DNA of 64,000 nucleotides, taken from NCBI GenBank assembly GCA_035712145.1, contig DASTBI010000158.1, forward strand, positions 74,945 through 138,944, written 5' to 3'. Both the position numbers and the translations under genes were made by a program. Shown here piece after piece: positions 1-8,988 of this stretch. The DNA comes from Candidatus Eiseniibacteriota bacterium (GTDB lineage: Bacteria; Eisenbacteria; RBG-16-71-46). Below the pieces are notes generated by a model. The model was given only the letters and a program-made list of their open reading frames with translations, had not been told where the DNA came from and ran no database searches. The number at the start of each line of letters is the position of its first letter. Within the stretch, counting starts at the first letter, position 1.

Positions 1-872
1 TGCCTTCCACGTTCCAGCCCGACGACTACCGGCGCGCGGTGGAGCGCGTGAAGGAGTCGATTCGACGGGGCGACATCTACCAGGCCAATCTCTCCCAACG
101 CTGGACCTGCGCGTTCGATTCCGCCGATCCCGGCGCGCTCGCGCTCGCGCTCGCCGATGCGCTGTCGTTCCATTCGCCGGCGCCGCACGGAGCGCTCTTC
201 TCGGCGCCCGACCATGCGATCGCATCGGCCAGCCCCGAGCGCTTCCTCGAGCTGCGCGGGCGGCAGGTGGAGACGCGCCCGATCAAGGGAACCCGGCCTC
301 GCTCCACCGATGCCGCGGAGGACCAGGCGCTGCGCCAGGCCCTGATCGAGAGCGCCAAGGACCGGGCCGAGAACGTGATGATCGTGGACGTGCTGCGCAA
401 CGATCTCGGTCGCGTGTGCGAAACCGGCAGCGTCAACACCACGGGACTCTGCGATCTCGTGTCGCTGGCCCAGGTCTTTCATCTCGTGTCCACCGTGCAG
501 GGAACGCTGCGCGAAGGGCTCGACGCCTTCGATCTGCTGCACGGCTGCTTCCCGGGCGGCTCGATCACCGGCGCCCCGAAGATTCGCGCGATGGAGATCC
601 TGGAGGAGCTGGAGCCGGTCCGTCGCCACATCTACACCGGGAGCCTCGGCTACATCGACTGGCGCGGCGACGCCGACTGGAACATCGCCATCCGCACGGC
701 GCTCGTGACGCCTCGGGCCGTGCACATCTCGGCGGGCGGAGGAATCACCGCCGACTCGGATCCCGACGAGGAGTTCCGCGAGACGCTGCACAAGTCCGAA
801 GGTCTGGTCCGCGCGCTCGAGTCCGTCCTGGGGCCGCTCGCCATCGCGCCATCGATGGCGACCATGCCTTGA
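1..872 (+). CDS. pabB: Aminodeoxychorismate synthase component I (chorismate-binding enzyme), 5' partial; frame continues to window edge
   Basis: ORF 39..872 reads through to position 1 in frame (DYRRAVERVKESIRRGDIYQANLS). Chorismate-binding motifs PGGSITGAPKIRAMEI and SAGGGIT. Followed by an aminodeoxychorismate lyase gene. Confidence 0.8.
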   Translation, partial: PSTFQPDDYRRAVERVKESIRRGDIYQANLSQRWTCAFDSADPGALALALADALSFHSPAPHGALFSAPDHAIASASPERFLELRGRQVETRPIKGTRPRSTDAAEDQALRQALIESAKDRAENVMIVDVLRNDLGRVCETGSVNTTGLCDLVSLAQVFHLVSTVQGTLREGLDAFDLLHGCFPGGSITGAPKIRAMEILEELEPVRRHIYTGSLGYIDWRGDADWNIAIRTALVTPRAVHISAGGGITADSDPDEEFRETLHKSEGLVRALESVLGPLAIAPSMATMP

Positions 873-913
873 GCGTGGACGTCCGGCGCCGAGCGCCAAA
901 GGCGCTCGACCGG

Positions 914-1777
914 ATGGTGTGGATCGACGGCGAGATCCGGCGCGGCGAGGACGCGGTGCTCTCGGTGTTCGACCGCGGCGCGCGGGACGGCGAAGGCCTG
1001 TTCGAGACCGTGCGGATCTATGACGGCCAGCCGTTCCAGTGGAAGCGGCATCTCGAGCGCCTCGTCGTGTCGGCGGCCGAGCTCCGGTTCCCCGTCCCGC
1101 CCTCTCCACGAGTCCTGCGCGATGGCCTCGCCGAGCTCCTGCGGCGCGCCGGGCTGACCGATGCCGCCGCCCGCATCACGGTGACCCGCGGCATCCCGGG
1201 CGGCGGCGGCAAGCGAACGCGGACCGGATCATGGATCGAGGCCGAGAACCTCGCAGCGCGACTGTGGCGCGCGCATCGCTCGGGCGCTCGTCTCGTCTAC
1301 TCCCGCCGACCTTTCGAGCCAGGCCCCCTCGGTCGCCACAAGACCACGAGCCGGCTCGCCTATCACCTGGCGCGCGAGGAAGCACGGGCCGCGCGCGCCG
1401 ACGAGGCCCTGCTCGTGTCCGCTTCCGGAGCGGTCCTCGAAGGCTCCGTGAGCACGCTGTTCGTGGTCGATCGCGGGGTGGTTCGCACGCCCCCGCTCGC
1501 GCTCGGCATCCTGCCCGGCATTGCCCGCGCCACCGTGCTCGAGCTCTGTGCCGAGCTCGGCCTCGTGGCCGAGGAGTCGCGGCTCACGCCACGGGACCTC
1601 GATCGCGCCGACGAGATCTTCCTGACCAACTCCATTCAGGAAGTCGTGCCGGTCGCGGTTCTCGAAGGCCGGTCCGCCCCGCTCGGCGATGAAGTCGTTG
1701 CGCGGATCAGGGCCGCCTACTCCGCGGCCGTGGCTCGCGAGATCGAGCGTGGCGCGTTGCCCCCAACCGTGGCGTGA
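914..1777 (+). CDS. pabC: Aminodeoxychorismate lyase / class IV aminotransferase fold (alternative GTG start at 875)
   Basis: C-terminal 290 aa of ORF 416..1777 resemble PabC/IlvE-fold proteins (MVWIDGEI..., RFPVP..., EIFLTNS...). The N-terminal part of that ORF overlaps pabB in another frame and is rejected. Confidence 0.7.
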   Translation: MVWIDGEIRRGEDAVLSVFDRGARDGEGLFETVRIYDGQPFQWKRHLERLVVSAAELRFPVPPSPRVLRDGLAELLRRAGLTDAAARITVTRGIPGGGGKRTRTGSWIEAENLAARLWRAHRSGARLVYSRRPFEPGPLGRHKTTSRLAYHLAREEARAARADEALLVSASGAVLEGSVSTLFVVDRGVVRTPPLALGILPGIARATVLELCAELGLVAEESRLTPRDLDRADEIFLTNSIQEVVPVAVLEGRSAPLGDEVVARIRAAYSAAVAREIERGALPPTVA

Positions 1778-1937
1778 ATTCACCCTGCCCACGCGCCGAA
1801 AACCCTGATAGCTCCCAGGATGGACGCACCGGCGCGTTCTCCTTCCGGGTTCCAGACCGTGGCACGAGCGATGCACAAGAAATACAGAGAATTCTGGAAA
1901 CCCGGGCCCGCATCGGAAAAGAGGCAGGAGAAGTGAC

Positions 1938-3378
1938 GATGGCATCGGTCCAGAACGGCGGCCTGAAGATCCCAACCGGGAACGTGAAGGGCGGGAGGCT
2001 GGAGCTTCTGGTCCCCCACATCCTGAGGGGACAGCTCCTGCGCCCTGGCTTCGTGCGGCTCAGCCTCCGCCTCGGGGTGGCCCAGCAGATGCCCGCTTGG
2101 GCGAAGCTCCAGTTCACGAACGCCGGAGTCAGCCCCGAAGATCTCGCCCGTGTGCTGGGGCGGATCGGTAGCCTCGGCTCGTGGGTCGATGAGTGGGAGG
2201 CGCTCGGCCGCGCCCACGAGCAGGGCGCCCAGGATGCGCTCGCTCTGGGCCGGACCGCGGAGGCTTCGCGGCGCTTCATCTCCGCTTCGGCCGCATACAA
2301 CTTCGGCCAGTACGTCATCTTCCTCGACATCAACCGCAAGCGCGCGCTGCACGCCGCATGCGTCCGCGCGTACGCGCAGGCGGCGCCTCTCATGGACCCG
2401 CCCGCGAGGCCTTTCGAGGTGCTCTTCCGCCGTCAGCTGATGCGCGGGTACGTGCGGGTTCCGAAGGGAATCCGCCCCGCTCCCGTCGTCGTGGCCTTCA
2501 ACGGAACCAACGCGGTCAAGGAAGAGCTCCACTGGTGGGGCGAGAGCATGCTGGAGCGCGGGCTCGCCGTGGTCACCTTCGACGGGCCAGGGCTCGGCCG
2601 CACGTGGAACCGGCTCTCGATGGTGGCCGAGCCGCGGCCGGTGGGTGTGGCCATTCTCGACCATATCGAGACCTGGCCGGAGCTCGATGCCGGCGCCATC
2701 GGTTGCATGGGCCTGAGCCTGGGCGGATACCTCGCGATTCGGATGGCATCGCATGATCCACGCATCAAGGCGGTCGCCGCGGTCAGCCCGCCCTACTCCG
2801 CGGACATCTACTGGAACGTGACGCTCTCCAGCATGCGGCGTGAGCTGGCCGCGCTCTACAACCTCGCGGAGCGGGAGATGGGGGCGGCGATCGAGCGCAT
2901 CACGCTCGCCGGCATCCTGCAGAACCTCAGGCAGCCGATGTTCCTCGCCGCCGGCGGGCACGACCTGGTCACGCCCGGCACCGAGGCGTGGCGGATCTTC
3001 GAAGACGCTTGCTGCGAACGCGAGATCGTGTATTACCCGCGCGGCGCGCACGACTGCTTCAACGTCGTCACCGACCTGCGGCCGCGCGTCGTGTCATGGC
3101 TGGCCCGCAAGCTCGAGCGGCACCGTCGAGTGAGGCATCCCATGGAGGCCCTCCCTCCGAGCGGGTGTATTGCGGCCGAGGCGGTCGACATCGACTTCGC
3201 CGAAGCCCTGGAGGGAGACGTCCCTCGCCCCATCTGGACGGCAACGACCCGCGATCAGGCCTCCGATCCCGTCCGCTGGTCCTGGCCCTGGGGGACGAGG
3301 CCCAGAAGCCCGCTCGAGCTCATTCACCGCGTCGCGGCGCCCACACACCCCGCATCGGACGTGGATTCCGAGTCCTAG
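1938..3378 (+). CDS. Alpha/beta-fold hydrolase (esterase/peptidase-like)
   Basis: GLSLGGY nucleophile elbow (GxSxG). ATG at 1938 preceded by GAGGCAGGAG. ~480 aa. Confidence 0.65.
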
Positions 3379-3456
3379 AAGGCCGGTCAGCCATTCCCTC
3401 GCGACTTTTCTGACGAGCGGGGGGTGGTCCTGAGACTGAGGATCATCAAGACGTTA

Positions 3457-3472
3457 GGGGTTTCAAAACCCC
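3457..3472 (+). terminator. Short GC hairpin GGGGTT-TCAA-AACCCC downstream of the hydrolase gene; no U-tract
   Basis: Perfect 6-bp inverted repeat with a 4-nt loop, 80 nt after the stop at 3378. Confidence 0.25.
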
Positions 3473-3855
3473 CGAATCCGGTCACCGGACCGCGCTCCGC
3501 CGCACCCTTCCAGGGATAAGTCTTGAATTGCCAGTCGGTTCTCACGTAAATTCCGCGTCAAGCAAAGGTCAGAGAGAGAGAAAGATGGTCCGTCCCTTCC
3601 ACCAGGCTCTTGGGCGCGGCCTCTCTCAAGTCTTTCATCTCAGGGAAAGGGGGTCGTCGCTCACTTCCTAGACCATGCCCTCTGCCGCAGGGCGACCGTT
3701 TCTGTGCTCGGGGTGTCGATCGGGTGGAAACGGAGAAGTAGAACCGCCTCCCGGCGAGACCAAAGGGCTCGGCGGTCACAGGCGTCACCTCGCTCATCAG
3801 TGCCCTGATTCACAACCCTTCGGGACTGGCCCCGAAGGATCATGGAGGTGCGCAG

Positions 3856-6800
3856 ATGCAGTTTCGTATGAAAGCGCTTCTCGTCACCCTGCTCTTCGGG
3901 CTGGCAGGCGCGGCGGAATTCATGCTCAGCACCGCGTCAGCCGACGTGGTCGTCCGTTCGCGGATGGAGCAGGAACTTCGTGTTCGCGCCGCCAAGCTGC
4001 GTCCCCGAACGAGCGCCGGCTCCGATCCCGACACCGTCTGGATCGGCCACGTGAACACCGTTCAGCCTGGTGTTCCGGGGACGCCGGGCGGATACGGTCC
4101 ATTCAAGATCGGGCGCGGGCCCCACAGACTCACGAACGGGGCTCTCGGCTCGGCGACGGACTTCAACGGCACGTGGGACTTCGACCACTTCCAAGGCGGA
4201 GAGACCGACTCTCTGATGGGCTGGTGGCCGATCCAGGCGCCGTTCGGTTCGGTCGGACCGACGAACTTCGACGACAACATTCGCCCCTGGTTCTCGCTGG
4301 ACTACGGCAACCAGGGCAACTACGTCATCCCGCAGGGTTCCCCCAAGCGGACCTTCGGCGTCATCGGCTACTGGCATCGTGACGTCGGCAGCGCCTCGTC
4401 ACCTCTGCCGGCTGGCGACGCAGTTCCCGGACCCAATCCCGAGTGGACTCCGATCGCGGGAACGGCATCCGCGTGGTGCGGTCTGCGGTCCGAGGGTGAC
4501 AACAGCGTCATCGACCCGATCACTGGAAACCCGATCAATGGTCTTCTGGTCTCCTTCCAGGGCAACAACAGCGGCCGGCAGATCTCGGCGCAGCGGAGCC
4601 AGGGCACCGACAACAACTTCCCGGGCTACGGTTCGCAGTGGGACCAGATGCTCTACCGCGACGTCGCCTTCGGGGCGAACGCCAGCGGCAACGTCACGGT
4701 CACTTTCAAGTACACGACGAACATGAGCACCGGCTCGCAGGGCGACCATGCCTCGCAGGCCGGGTGGTTCGACAAGGACCCGCTCAAGACGCCGGTGATC
4801 GGTGACGGCAACTACCGGAGCCGCAACCTGGCGAACCTGGTGGACTCGTTCATGGTGTACGTGGGCGCCCCGGTCGACGAGGCGAACTGCCTCCGCTCGG
4901 ACGGCTCGATCGCTCCGGTGTACGACCTCCAGCGCCGTTGGTTCTCCGAGGTGGTGAAGATCAACGCTCCGGGAACCTCCTATCGTGAACTCGTGAGCGT
5001 GGCCGGTTCCCAGGGCACGCCCGCGGCTCCGATCACCGCGAACATCGTCCTCACCCAGGCGCAGGTCAACTCGATCCTGGATGCCGACGGCGGAGCGGGG
5101 AACGGCGGTCGCCTGCGTCTGGTGTTCCGCGTCAAGACCAACCGCGGCTCGGACGACGAAAACCAGGGCAACACGCCGAACGAAGGCACCAACAACGCGG
5201 CGGGTGGCTTCAGCTCGCTGACCCGCGGCGCGGCCATCATCGACGACGTCTCGGTGTCCGGCGGCGGCGCAACGGCGCTGACCAACGGCTTCGAATCCGT
5301 CAACGACGTGGACAACAACACGGGTGTCGCGGCGACGCTGGCATGGAAGTCGACCGGCAAGCCTCCGGGCGCGTGGTTCCACACGCACCGCATCAACGAG
5401 CCCGGCTCGCCTCTGCCATTCGAAGATCCGTGCGGCGCGGTGACCGCGGCGGTTCGCTTCTGCAATGCGACCGGCGCCGTGCTGTCTCCGGGTAATCACG
5501 ACGACGCCGACAAGACCGGCGGTCTCTACGGCGGCAACACCCAGGATCAGCAGAAGTACATCGTCTCGCCGACGATCAACCTCAAATCCAACGGGGTCGG
5601 GGACTACAACGGAATGGGGATCGATGCCGAGATCGCCAACCGTGTGCCTCAGCTCTGGGGCGAGTACCTGCACAACGTCTACAACTACGATCTGACGGCA
5701 AACGGCTTCCGCTTCGGCTGGCAGAGCTGGCCGGCAACCCAGGCGAACGGGCAGAAGGTCTGGGGCTGCATGGTCAAGAGCATCTTCTTCAGCAGCTGGA
5801 GTGATCGTGGCTGCTACGAAGAACTGCTCGTGGATCCGTTGGTCGATCAGCTCGTCGTCACCAGCAACCCGAGCGGCGTTCCGGACTCGTTCCGGGTGTA
5901 CATCGAGTCGATGTCGCGCTGCTACTCGTTGCAGGGCACGGTGACGGCTCTGGCCTGCTCGCCGACCTCCGGCGCCAACGCCGGCGGCTACTTCGACAAT
6001 CTGGCGATCGCCTTCGTCACGGCGCCGCCTCCTCCGGCTCTGGCCGCGACCTTCTCGAATCAGTTCCAGGACTGCTTCCCGGTCAACTCCCAGAACAAGC
6101 CGGTGAACACGTTCGGAGTGGGTTACGACACGCTGGCGGCCCGCCTCCAGACCGGCTACAACGTCGCTCCGCAGACCGGGAGCAGCTCGGTCACCGGCAA
6201 CAACGCGCGCGAGAACATCTCGGGTGACTCGGCGCTGGCAGGCGGAGCGGGGGCCAACGTCCGCATGGACCTGGTCTTCCGCATCCTCCCGGGTCCCGGC
6301 AACTACGTGACCATCGGCAACCGGTCGTCCGGCATCGCTCGGCGTCCGGATCAGGCGCCCAGAGTCGCGGCAAGCGCCGGTGACGTGGGAGCGGCGATTC
6401 CTTCGGCCAGCAAGTTCTGGGGCGCTTACATCGCCGACAACGGCGGGTTCGGAACCGGCGGCAACGGCGCGACCGGACCTGGCCACGCCGGCGCGGTGGG
6501 CAACTGGGACTGGAACAAGTGGAACAGCGCGCGGATGGACACCGTCGAGACCAACTTCTTCCCCACCAGTCTCCTCGATCCCACCGCGAGCACCAATCTC
6601 ACGCCCGGCGTGTGGATGACGATGTACCACGAGTCGGATCCGAAGTACGCGACGCTCGGCATCAACAAGAACCGGTGCTTCATCAACACCGGAGCCCAGA
6701 GCAACAAGGCCGACAACATCAACTGCGGCAACCTCGGCGGCGGCAATCCCTATCCGCCGTCGGCCTACGCGGTGGGTGGCGTGCCGGTCGCCGGCTCGGG

Positions 6801-8385
6801 TCTGCCCGCGTCCGAGAACGGCCTGGCCATCGGCCACACGTTCGAATACACGAAGATCCTTCCGGACGGCATCTTCACGCCCGGGACGGAGATTCAGTAC
6901 TTCTATCGCAAGTCGATCCTCGGCGATCCCGTCTCTCAGTTCGAGATGTCGCCGGATACCAACTACATCTTCCCGCAGAACACCGAGACGTTCGGCTACT
7001 TCGACTTCCACCGCTGGCGCGAGGTTCGCGTTCTTCCGGATCGCTGGAAGGACGGAGCCTGGGGCACCGGCGGACAGGGAATGGCGTGCATGCTCGTGCT
7101 CGATCTGGGCGAGCGGCGCGGCGACCTTGGAATCTGGATAGCCACGGCGGACTCGATGGGCATGACGGCTTCGACCAAGCGCGGCGCTCACAACGGCTGG
7201 CGCGCACGTCCCGACCAGGACTGGGCGGGCGTGAACGTGGGCAGTGACGACTCGATCTGCCGCCGCGACAACGGCGGACAGCCGGGAACGATCTTCGACG
7301 TCTATTCGACGATCGCCGGCGAGTCGAACATTCCCTCGGGTCGTCCCGGCAGCCGCGGCGCCAACCGGAACACCGCCGGCGGAAGCCTCACGACCGGCAA
7401 GTGGTCGACGCACGGACCGAGCGAAGACATGGTGAAGAACTACCGCATGCTCGTCCTGCTGGCGGCGGATATCGGTGATCAGGCCCTCGGCCCGATTCCC
7501 GATCAGACCGACGCCGACATCGGCCTCTTCCAGAGCTTCCTGTCGCTGCCCGGTGGTTCGGCCCAGCCGCGCGGATTCATCGCCCAGGGTATGCGTCTCG
7601 GTGAGCTGATGAGCGTGTACCACGGCACTTTCATGAGCTCGTTCCTCAGGGCGACGCTCCGGAACGGCGATTACCGCCTGTTCTCGGGCAACGCGTCCAA
7701 TGTCGCAGACGTCATCGTGCAGCCTCCCGTCACGTCAGGCGGAAGCCCCTACACGTTCGGTCTGTCGAGCTTCTGCTTCATCAACAACGACGTCTTCAAC
7801 GTGCAGGTGGCTGCCCCCGCGGGGCAGGTCGGCGCGTACCATGAGAACGTCGGCGCCGGCGCCCCGTACGTGGCGTCGGTGTACGCTCCGGCATCCGGCG
7901 GAGCGCGACCGTTCAAGACCCTCTACAACGGCTGGACCATGGGTCTGTTCGGCGGCATGGGAACGGAGACGTCGCTGCTCAACGTCGGAACCCGGAAGTA
8001 CTTCTACGACGCGCTCACCAGCGCGTTCGGAGACCTGCTCTGCACGCCGTCGGGTAGCCCGGTGGGCGTGGGTGACGGCAACGGGACCGGCAAGACGTTC
8101 GTGAACTTCATGAACCTGAAGTCGTCCAACCCGATGCGCTCCGGTGAAGCCCGGATCGCGTTCGGCCTGGAGAAGACGGAACGCATCCAGCTGCGGGTCT
8201 TCGACGTCACCGGTCGTCTGGTCAAGACGGTGGCTGACAGGACCTTCCAGGCTGGTCAGCAGCACGTCGTGGTCTGGGACGGGACGAACGACGCAGGTCA
8301 GAAGGTCAGTCACGGTGTGTACTTCTATCAGCTGAAGTCGAATAGCTGGACGAGCCAGAAGAAGCTGGCGGTTCTCGCCAACTAG
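3856..8385 (+). CDS. Very large (1509 aa) secreted Gly/Asn/Thr-rich protein with T9SS-type (FlgD-Ig/Por) C-terminal sorting domain; function unknown
   Basis: N-terminal signal peptide MKALLVTLLFGLAGAAEF. C-terminal ~80 aa (KTERIQLRVFDVTGRLVKTV...GVYFYQLKS...KKLAVLAN) match the T9SS C-terminal domain pattern. RBS GGAGGTG 6 nt before ATG. No catalytic motif recognised. Confidence 0.75.
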   Translation: MQFRMKALLVTLLFGLAGAAEFMLSTASADVVVRSRMEQELRVRAAKLRPRTSAGSDPDTVWIGHVNTVQPGVPGTPGGYGPFKIGRGPHRLTNGALGSATDFNGTWDFDHFQGGETDSLMGWWPIQAPFGSVGPTNFDDNIRPWFSLDYGNQGNYVIPQGSPKRTFGVIGYWHRDVGSASSPLPAGDAVPGPNPEWTPIAGTASAWCGLRSEGDNSVIDPITGNPINGLLVSFQGNNSGRQISAQRSQGTDNNFPGYGSQWDQMLYRDVAFGANASGNVTVTFKYTTNMSTGSQGDHASQAGWFDKDPLKTPVIGDGNYRSRNLANLVDSFMVYVGAPVDEANCLRSDGSIAPVYDLQRRWFSEVVKINAPGTSYRELVSVAGSQGTPAAPITANIVLTQAQVNSILDADGGAGNGGRLRLVFRVKTNRGSDDENQGNTPNEGTNNAAGGFSSLTRGAAIIDDVSVSGGGATALTNGFESVNDVDNNTGVAATLAWKSTGKPPGAWFHTHRINEPGSPLPFEDPCGAVTAAVRFCNATGAVLSPGNHDDADKTGGLYGGNTQDQQKYIVSPTINLKSNGVGDYNGMGIDAEIANRVPQLWGEYLHNVYNYDLTANGFRFGWQSWPATQANGQKVWGCMVKSIFFSSWSDRGCYEELLVDPLVDQLVVTSNPSGVPDSFRVYIESMSRCYSLQGTVTALACSPTSGANAGGYFDNLAIAFVTAPPPPALAATFSNQFQDCFPVNSQNKPVNTFGVGYDTLAARLQTGYNVAPQTGSSSVTGNNARENISGDSALAGGAGANVRMDLVFRILPGPGNYVTIGNRSSGIARRPDQAPRVAASAGDVGAAIPSASKFWGAYIADNGGFGTGGNGATGPGHAGAVGNWDWNKWNSARMDTVETNFFPTSLLDPTASTNLTPGVWMTMYHESDPKYATLGINKNRCFINTGAQSNKADNINCGNLGGGNPYPPSAYAVGGVPVAGSGLPASENGLAIGHTFEYTKILPDGIFTPGTEIQYFYRKSILGDPVSQFEMSPDTNYIFPQNTETFGYFDFHRWREVRVLPDRWKDGAWGTGGQGMACMLVLDLGERRGDLGIWIATADSMGMTASTKRGAHNGWRARPDQDWAGVNVGSDDSICRRDNGGQPGTIFDVYSTIAGESNIPSGRPGSRGANRNTAGGSLTTGKWSTHGPSEDMVKNYRMLVLLAADIGDQALGPIPDQTDADIGLFQSFLSLPGGSAQPRGFIAQGMRLGELMSVYHGTFMSSFLRATLRNGDYRLFSGNASNVADVIVQPPVTSGGSPYTFGLSSFCFINNDVFNVQVAAPAGQVGAYHENVGAGAPYVASVYAPASGGARPFKTLYNGWTMGLFGGMGTETSLLNVGTRKYFYDALTSAFGDLLCTPSGSPVGVGDGNGTGKTFVNFMNLKSSNPMRSGEARIAFGLEKTERIQLRVFDVTGRLVKTVADRTFQAGQQHVVVWDGTNDAGQKVSHGVYFYQLKSNSWTSQKKLAVLAN

Positions 8386-8406
8386 CTCGTAGTCGCACCA
8401 CAGCGT

Positions 8407-8443
8407 GGCGGGCGGGGAGCGATCCCCGCCCGCCTTCGCTTTA
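8407..8443 (+). terminator. Intrinsic terminator: 11-bp perfect stem GGCGGGCGGGG / CCCCGCCCGCC, loop AGCGAT, then TTCGCTTTA
   Basis: Perfect inverted repeat 8407-8417 / 8424-8434, 22 nt after the stop of the 1509-aa gene, followed by a T-rich tail. Confidence 0.6.
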
Positions 8444-8523
8444 CGTCCCGCCCGGCTGTGCGCGCTCCGAAAACCTGCTAATCTCGCTGCGCTTTCATCC
8501 CTTCGCGTTCCCACGAGGCCTCC

Positions 8524-8988
8524 ATGCCCGTTCAGGCGCAAGCCAAGGTCCGCCCGCTCGACGAGCTCGACATCGGGGCGATCGTCAAGATCGACGAGCG
8601 CATCACCGGCATCTACCGGCCCGAGATCTGGGAGCAGCGGGTGGGCTATTACCTGCGTCGCGACCCCGAGTCCTCGCAGGTGGCCGAAGTCGGCGGGAAG
8701 GTCGTGGGTTTCATGCTGGGAGACGTCCGCGGCGGGGAGTTCGGCATCGAAGAGCCCAGCGGCTGGATCGAGCGCTTCGGGATCGATCCCGACTACCGGG
8801 GCCGCGATCTGGGCCGACAGCTCTATGGCGCCATGCTGGAGACCTTCCGCGCGCGGGGAGCGTCGATGGTCCGCACGCTGGTCGACGAGCAGGACCAGGC
8901 CGTCGCGGGGTTCCTCGCGGCGCTGGGATTCAAGCCGTCGCCGATGCGCGCCCTGGTCATGCCGGTGCCGTCGTCACGGGAGTCATGA
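8524..8988 (+). CDS. GNAT-family N-acetyltransferase
   Basis: Acetyl-CoA-binding-type motif (RGRDLGRQLYGAM), ~150 aa. Stop overlaps the next start (ATGATGA). Confidence 0.7.
   Translation: MPVQAQAKVRPLDELDIGAIVKIDERITGIYRPEIWEQRVGYYLRRDPESSQVAEVGGKVVGFMLGDVRGGEFGIEEPSGWIERFGIDPDYRGRDLGRQLYGAMLETFRARGASMVRTLVDEQDQAVAGFLAALGFKPSPMRALVMPVPSSRES

Noticed and set aside
416-913. N-terminal 165 aa of ORF 416..1777 overlapping pabB in another frame
   Set aside because: Only the C-terminal part (from ~875/914) resembles PabC. The overlapping part is Arg-rich and contradicts the well-supported pabB frame.
1780-3051. 423-aa minus-strand ORF opposite the alpha/beta hydrolase, and similar antisense ORFs at 13395..14897, 28758..30503, 30579..32219, 33244..35073 and 55876..57573
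   Set aside because: Each lies antisense to a motif-supported gene and shows the Arg/Pro/Gly-rich composition of spurious GC-rich frames.
4399-7623. 1074-aa ORF antisense to the giant secreted-protein gene
   Set aside because: Arg/Ala/Gly-rich GC-driven antisense frame. The plus strand carries a signal peptide, a sorting domain and a dedicated terminator.
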